From Betaproteobacteria bacterium (GTDB lineage Bacteria > Pseudomonadota > Gammaproteobacteria > Burkholderiales > Burkholderiaceae_C), in NCBI GenBank assembly GCA_009923315.1, contig RFTU01000004.1, forward strand, positions 3,187 through 67,186: DNA of 64,000 nucleotides, in the 5' to 3' direction. The translations under genes and the position numbers were made by a program. Shown one piece after another: positions 60,800-64,000 of the stretch (the first letter of the stretch is position 1; every line of letters begins with the position of its first letter). The notes under the pieces are model-generated. The model ran no database searches. It was not told the origin of the DNA and worked only from the letters and a program-made list of their open reading frames with translations.

Positions 60800-61363
60800 A
60801 TGTTGCTGCAGACCGTCCGTCCCAACATCGTGCAGGCCATCCGCGCCTACCGGGTGGACGACCTGATGCGCGCCGCGCAGGACGCGGGGCACCACTTTCT
60901 TTATGCGAACGTGACCGAGGCACAGTCCAAACAGGAGGTGCTCGAGTTGATTGCGCAGGCCTTCCTGTTCCCGGCGCATTTCGGCAAGAACCTCGACGCC
61001 CTGTACGACTGCATGACCGATCTGGTTCACAAGGCCGGTTCGCAGCGCGGGTTCGTGGTGGTGCTGGAGCAGTTGCCCGACAACCGGGGCTTCGACCGTG
61101 AAGCGCGTGAGCAGTTGCTCGACGTCTTCCGCGACGCAGCCGATTTTTGGGCCGAGCGCAAGATTCCCTTCCGCTGCTTCTACTCGTTTGCGGTGTCCCA
61201 CTCGGACAACACCGCTTGGGACAAGGTGGCGGAAACGCCGGCGCCGATGGCCGAGGCCAAGCCCAAGCCCGCCGCCAAGACCAGCTCCGGCCCTTCGTTC
61301 AGCGCCAACATGCCGATGATGAGCAGTGCCTTCGACACCGCCATGTGGCTCAATGCCGCTTGA
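60800..61363 (+). CDS. barstar-family ribonuclease inhibitor with N- and C-terminal extensions
   Basis: Within ORF 60770..61363. The ATG at 60800 is preceded by GGAGG. The core [15 protein letters not shown] matches the barstar motif GENLDALWDCLTG. It lies directly downstream of the RNase gene. Confidence 0.75.
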   Translation: MLLQTVRPNIVQAIRAYRVDDLMRAAQDAGHHFLYANVTEAQSKQEVLELIAQAFLFPAHFGKNLDALYDCMTDLVHKAGSQRGFVVVLEQLPDNRGFDREAREQLLDVFRDAADFWAERKIPFRCFYSFAVSHSDNTAWDKVAETPAPMAEAKPKPAAKTSSGPSFSANMPMMSSAFDTAMWLNAA

Positions 61364-62123
61364 GCGCCTGAAGCGATAGCGCCAGGTCGACGTACTCGGC
61401 CACCGGCACCTCTTCGGCGCGGCGCTGCAAGTCGAAGCCACCGGCCGCCCCGCGCGTGTCCAGCCAGCGCCCCAGGGTGTGTCGCAGGAGCTTGCGCCGC
61501 TGCGAGAACGCCACCTGCACCAGCTCCTCGAACAGGGTGGCCTCCAAAGGCGCGGCCTCGGTGCGTGGCACCAGGCGCACCACGCTGGAGTCCACCCGTG
61601 GCGGCGGGTCGAACGCGTCTGGCGGGACCTCCAACAGCGGCTCGACCTTGAAGCGCCACTGCAACATCACCGACAGCCGCCCATAGTCGCCGGTCTGCGG
61701 CCGCGCGGCCATGCGCGCCACCACCTCCTTCTGCAGCATGAAGTGCTGATCGGCGATGCGGTGCGCCCACGGCAGCAGCGCAAACAGGATGGGGGTGGAG
61801 ATGTTGTAGGGCAGGTTGCCCACCACGCGCAGAGGCTGCCCCGCGGCATCGGCCAAGGCCCCGAAGTCCACCGTCAGCACATCGGCCTGGACCACCGTCA
61901 GCCCCGGGCGCTGACGCAGCCGTTCGGCCAGATCACGGTCGAGTTCGATCACGGTCAGCGCCTTGCAGCGATGCAGCAGCGGAGCGGTCAAGGCGCCCAA
62001 GCCTGGCCCGATCTCCACCAGCGCCTGCCCGGGCTCGGGCGCAATCGCCCGCACGATGTCGTGGATCACGCCTTCATCGGTCAGAAAGTGCTGACCGAAA
62101 CGCTTGCGTGCGGTGTGCGCCAT
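61350..62123 (-). CDS. rsmA: 16S rRNA (adenine1518/1519-N6)-dimethyltransferase
   Basis: Within ORF 61350..62189. Starting at [14 protein letters not shown] gives 257 aa. The SAM motif is [11 protein letters not shown], and [10 protein letters not shown] is also present. Confidence 0.9.
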   Translation of the reverse strand: MAHTARKRFGQHFLTDEGVIHDIVRAIAPEPGQALVEIGPGLGALTAPLLHRCKALTVIELDRDLAERLRQRPGLTVVQADVLTVDFGALADAAGQPLRVVGNLPYNISTPILFALLPWAHRIADQHFMLQKEVVARMAARPQTGDYGRLSVMLQWRFKVEPLLEVPPDAFDPPPRVDSSVVRLVPRTEAAPLEATLFEELVQVAFSQRRKLLRHTLGRWLDTRGAAGGFDLQRRAEEVPVAEYVDLALSLQALKRH

Positions 62124-62128
62124 TCGGC

Positions 62129-63562
62129 TCAGAGTTGGGGCGCCTCGCGGCGCTCGACATAAGCGCGCGAGCGCATCTCCTTGAGCCATTCACCATAGGC
62201 CTCTTCGAACTTCTGTTCGCGCAAGGCCGCGCGCGCCTGATCGCGCAGTTGCTTGTTGTCCAGCGCCACCTCACGGCGCTCCACCACCTGGATCAGGTGC
62301 ACGCCAAAGCGGGACACCACCGGCTCGGACAGGCCTCCGGGGGGCAGCGGATTCATGGCCTGCTCGAATTCCGGCACGAACTGTCCCGGTGAGGCCCAGC
62401 CCAGATCGCCGCCTGAGGAGGCGCTGCCGTCTTCCGAACGCTCGCGTGCGATGTCCTCGAATCGGCGGGCACCGCGCTCGATCTGGCCGCGCCACTCGCG
62501 CATCTGGCGCACCGCCGCATCGCGGTTGCTGGCGTCGTTCACCCGCAGCAGGATGTGACGTGCCCGCGTTTGCGTGACCCGAAAGGCGGCCCCGTCGCGT
62601 CGTTCGATGAGCTTGAGGATGTGAAACCCTGCGCCGCTGCGGACCACGGCCGGCGCCACCGCCCCCGATTTCAAGGGCCGCACGGTTTCCAGGAACAGGT
62701 CGGGCAGGCGGTCGGCCGGGCGCGGGCCGATCTCGCCGCCGCGCTCGCGGTTGGCATCCTGTGAAACCGCCTTGGCCACCGCAGCGAAGTCTTCGCCGCC
62801 ACGCACCCGGGCCATGGCGGCGTCGGCCAGTGCGCGGCGCTCGGACAACACCGCGGCCGATGCGCCCTCGGGCACGGGAATGAGGATCTGGGCGATGTTG
62901 TACTCGACCTCACCGGCCCGCTGGCCGCGCTGCTTTTCGATGTAGTCCTCGACCTCGGTGTCGGTGATGCGCACGCGCTGGGAGACCTCGCGCTCGCGCA
63001 TCCGCTCCACGATGATCTGCTCGCGCACGTTGGAGCGAAAGCGGTTGAAGTCCATGCCCTCGGACACCATGCGGTCGCGCAGGGTCACCACCGAGATCTG
63101 GTTCTGGGCGGCGATGTTGGCCAATGCGCGGTCCACGTCACCATCGTCCACCCGGATGCCGCCCTCGCGCGCCTGGCTGAGGATGGCTCGCTCATCGATC
63201 AGCGAGTCCAGCACCTCGCGCTCGAGTTGACCGGCTTCGGGCGCCACGGCGCCCGCGCGCTGCGCTTCGGCTTGGATGCGCTGCACCCGTTGGCGGACCT
63301 CGAAGGCGGTCACAGACTCTTGGTTCACGACGGCCACGATGTAGTCGGCCATGCGCGGTTTGACGGTGGGTTGCGCGGTGGCCGCGGCGGCCGCCAGCCC
63401 CAGGCCGGCCCAAAGGGCAGGGGCCATCAGCCGCCGGGCCCATCCGGCCGTGGCGGTCGATGTGGCCGATAGGGTCGAATGGGTCGATACGGCCAGGCCG
63501 GCGAAGGGGGCCGTGGGGCCCATGGAGATCCGAGCATTCATCGTGCCACTATTGTCGTCCAT
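62129..63562 (-). CDS. surA: periplasmic chaperone / peptidyl-prolyl isomerase SurA
   Basis: 477-aa ORF. It has a SurA N-domain and two parvulin domains (FHILKL..., [16 protein letters not shown]). It sits between lptD and rsmA. The start is uncertain (M1, M8 or M14). Confidence 0.8.
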   Translation of the reverse strand: MDDNSGTMNARISMGPTAPFAGLAVSTHSTLSATSTATAGWARRLMAPALWAGLGLAAAAATAQPTVKPRMADYIVAVVNQESVTAFEVRQRVQRIQAEAQRAGAVAPEAGQLEREVLDSLIDERAILSQAREGGIRVDDGDVDRALANIAAQNQISVVTLRDRMVSEGMDFNRFRSNVREQIIVERMREREVSQRVRITDTEVEDYIEKQRGQRAGEVEYNIAQILIPVPEGASAAVLSERRALADAAMARVRGGEDFAAVAKAVSQDANRERGGEIGPRPADRLPDLFLETVRPLKSGAVAPAVVRSGAGFHILKLIERRDGAAFRVTQTRARHILLRVNDASNRDAAVRQMREWRGQIERGARRFEDIARERSEDGSASSGGDLGWASPGQFVPEFEQAMNPLPPGGLSEPVVSRFGVHLIQVVERREVALDNKQLRDQARAALREQKFEEAYGEWLKEMRSRAYVERREAPQL

Positions 63563-63577
63563 GCCGCCAGGGCAGGA

Positions 63578-64000
63578 TCAGAAGCGCAGGGGATTGGCGC
63601 GTGAACGCGTCAGTCCCGACAACTCCAGTTGGAAGATCAGCCGGGTGACCACTTCGGTCACACCAGTGGATTGCCGCTGCACACCCAGCCGCATGATCCA
63701 ACAGCCGGCGTCGCTCTCCAGGCCCAGCAGGCTGTCGGCCAGCTTGCCCTCGCGCGTGTTGTAGTTCAGCCGTGTGGCGCCGGTCACCAACAGGGTGCAG
63801 TCCTGGCTGCCCGTGCCGGCCGCAGCCGCGTTCAGGCGCCGGTACAGAGGCCAGTTCGCCCGCACTTCCACGGTTTCCGCCAGGTCGCGCGCGTAGCGGT
63901 AGGACGTCAAGAGCGTGGTGTTGAGCGCGGGTTGGTAGCGCAGGGTGAGCACCGATCGCGTCGTGCGTCCGAGGTCGGGGCTGTATTGCACGGTGCTGTC
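63578..64000 (-). CDS. lptD: LPS-assembly protein LptD, C-terminal part (5' end beyond the window)
   Basis: The reverse-frame ORF is open to the window edge. The beta-barrel C-terminal pattern includes LTLRYQPALNTTLLTSYRY and WIMRLGVQRQS. The synteny is lptD-surA-rsmA. Confidence 0.7.
   Translation of the reverse strand, partial: DSTVQYSPDLGRTTRSVLTLRYQPALNTTLLTSYRYARDLAETVEVRANWPLYRRLNAAAAGTGSQDCTLLVTGATRLNYNTREGKLADSLLGLESDAGCWIMRLGVQRQSTGVTEVVTRLIFQLELSGLTRSRANPLRF

Overview
This is a high-GC (roughly two-thirds G+C by eye), gene-dense chromosomal window. Gene content points to a betaproteobacterium of the Burkholderiales type: split metH, a Bug/TctC binding protein, group-2 gshA, and lptD-surA-rsmA. 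That taxonomic placement is an inference. Almost all of the window is housekeeping or central metabolism:
- purU, ilvE, radA, arfB, alr
- a liv-type branched-chain amino-acid ABC transporter
- a glyoxylate-to-glycerate cluster (gcl-hyi-glxR-ttuD) convergent with glycolate oxidase glcDEF
- split metH, comM
- a porin-glnK-amtB operon with NtrC and sigma-54 sites
- gshA, kup, gshB, uup, pncC-pgpA-thiL
- a FixL/FixJ-like two-component pair, maeB, and rsmA-surA-lptD

I saw no rRNA or tRNA genes, CRISPR arrays, transposases, integrases or recognisable multi-gene defence systems. I did not find a convincing novel multi-gene system.

The observations most worth a second look are:
1. An SAH-riboswitch-like element in the 304-nt spacer between the two metH genes.
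2. A photolyase-family protein that lacks the N-terminal domain and carries a C-terminal region that may be a permuted copy of it.
3. A DUF2256 / FeS-BCP (6-4)-photolyase pair joined by overlapping stop and start codons.
4. Two conserved genes (a tyrB-like aminotransferase and glnK), each disrupted by an internal deletion of about 25 nt that shifts the frame.
5. A secreted RNase Sa-like / barstar-like pair behind an AT-rich spacer, next to rsmA.
6. A stand-alone FIST protein directly upstream of glcDEF.

Many long antisense ORFs in the track are GC-composition artefacts and were rejected.
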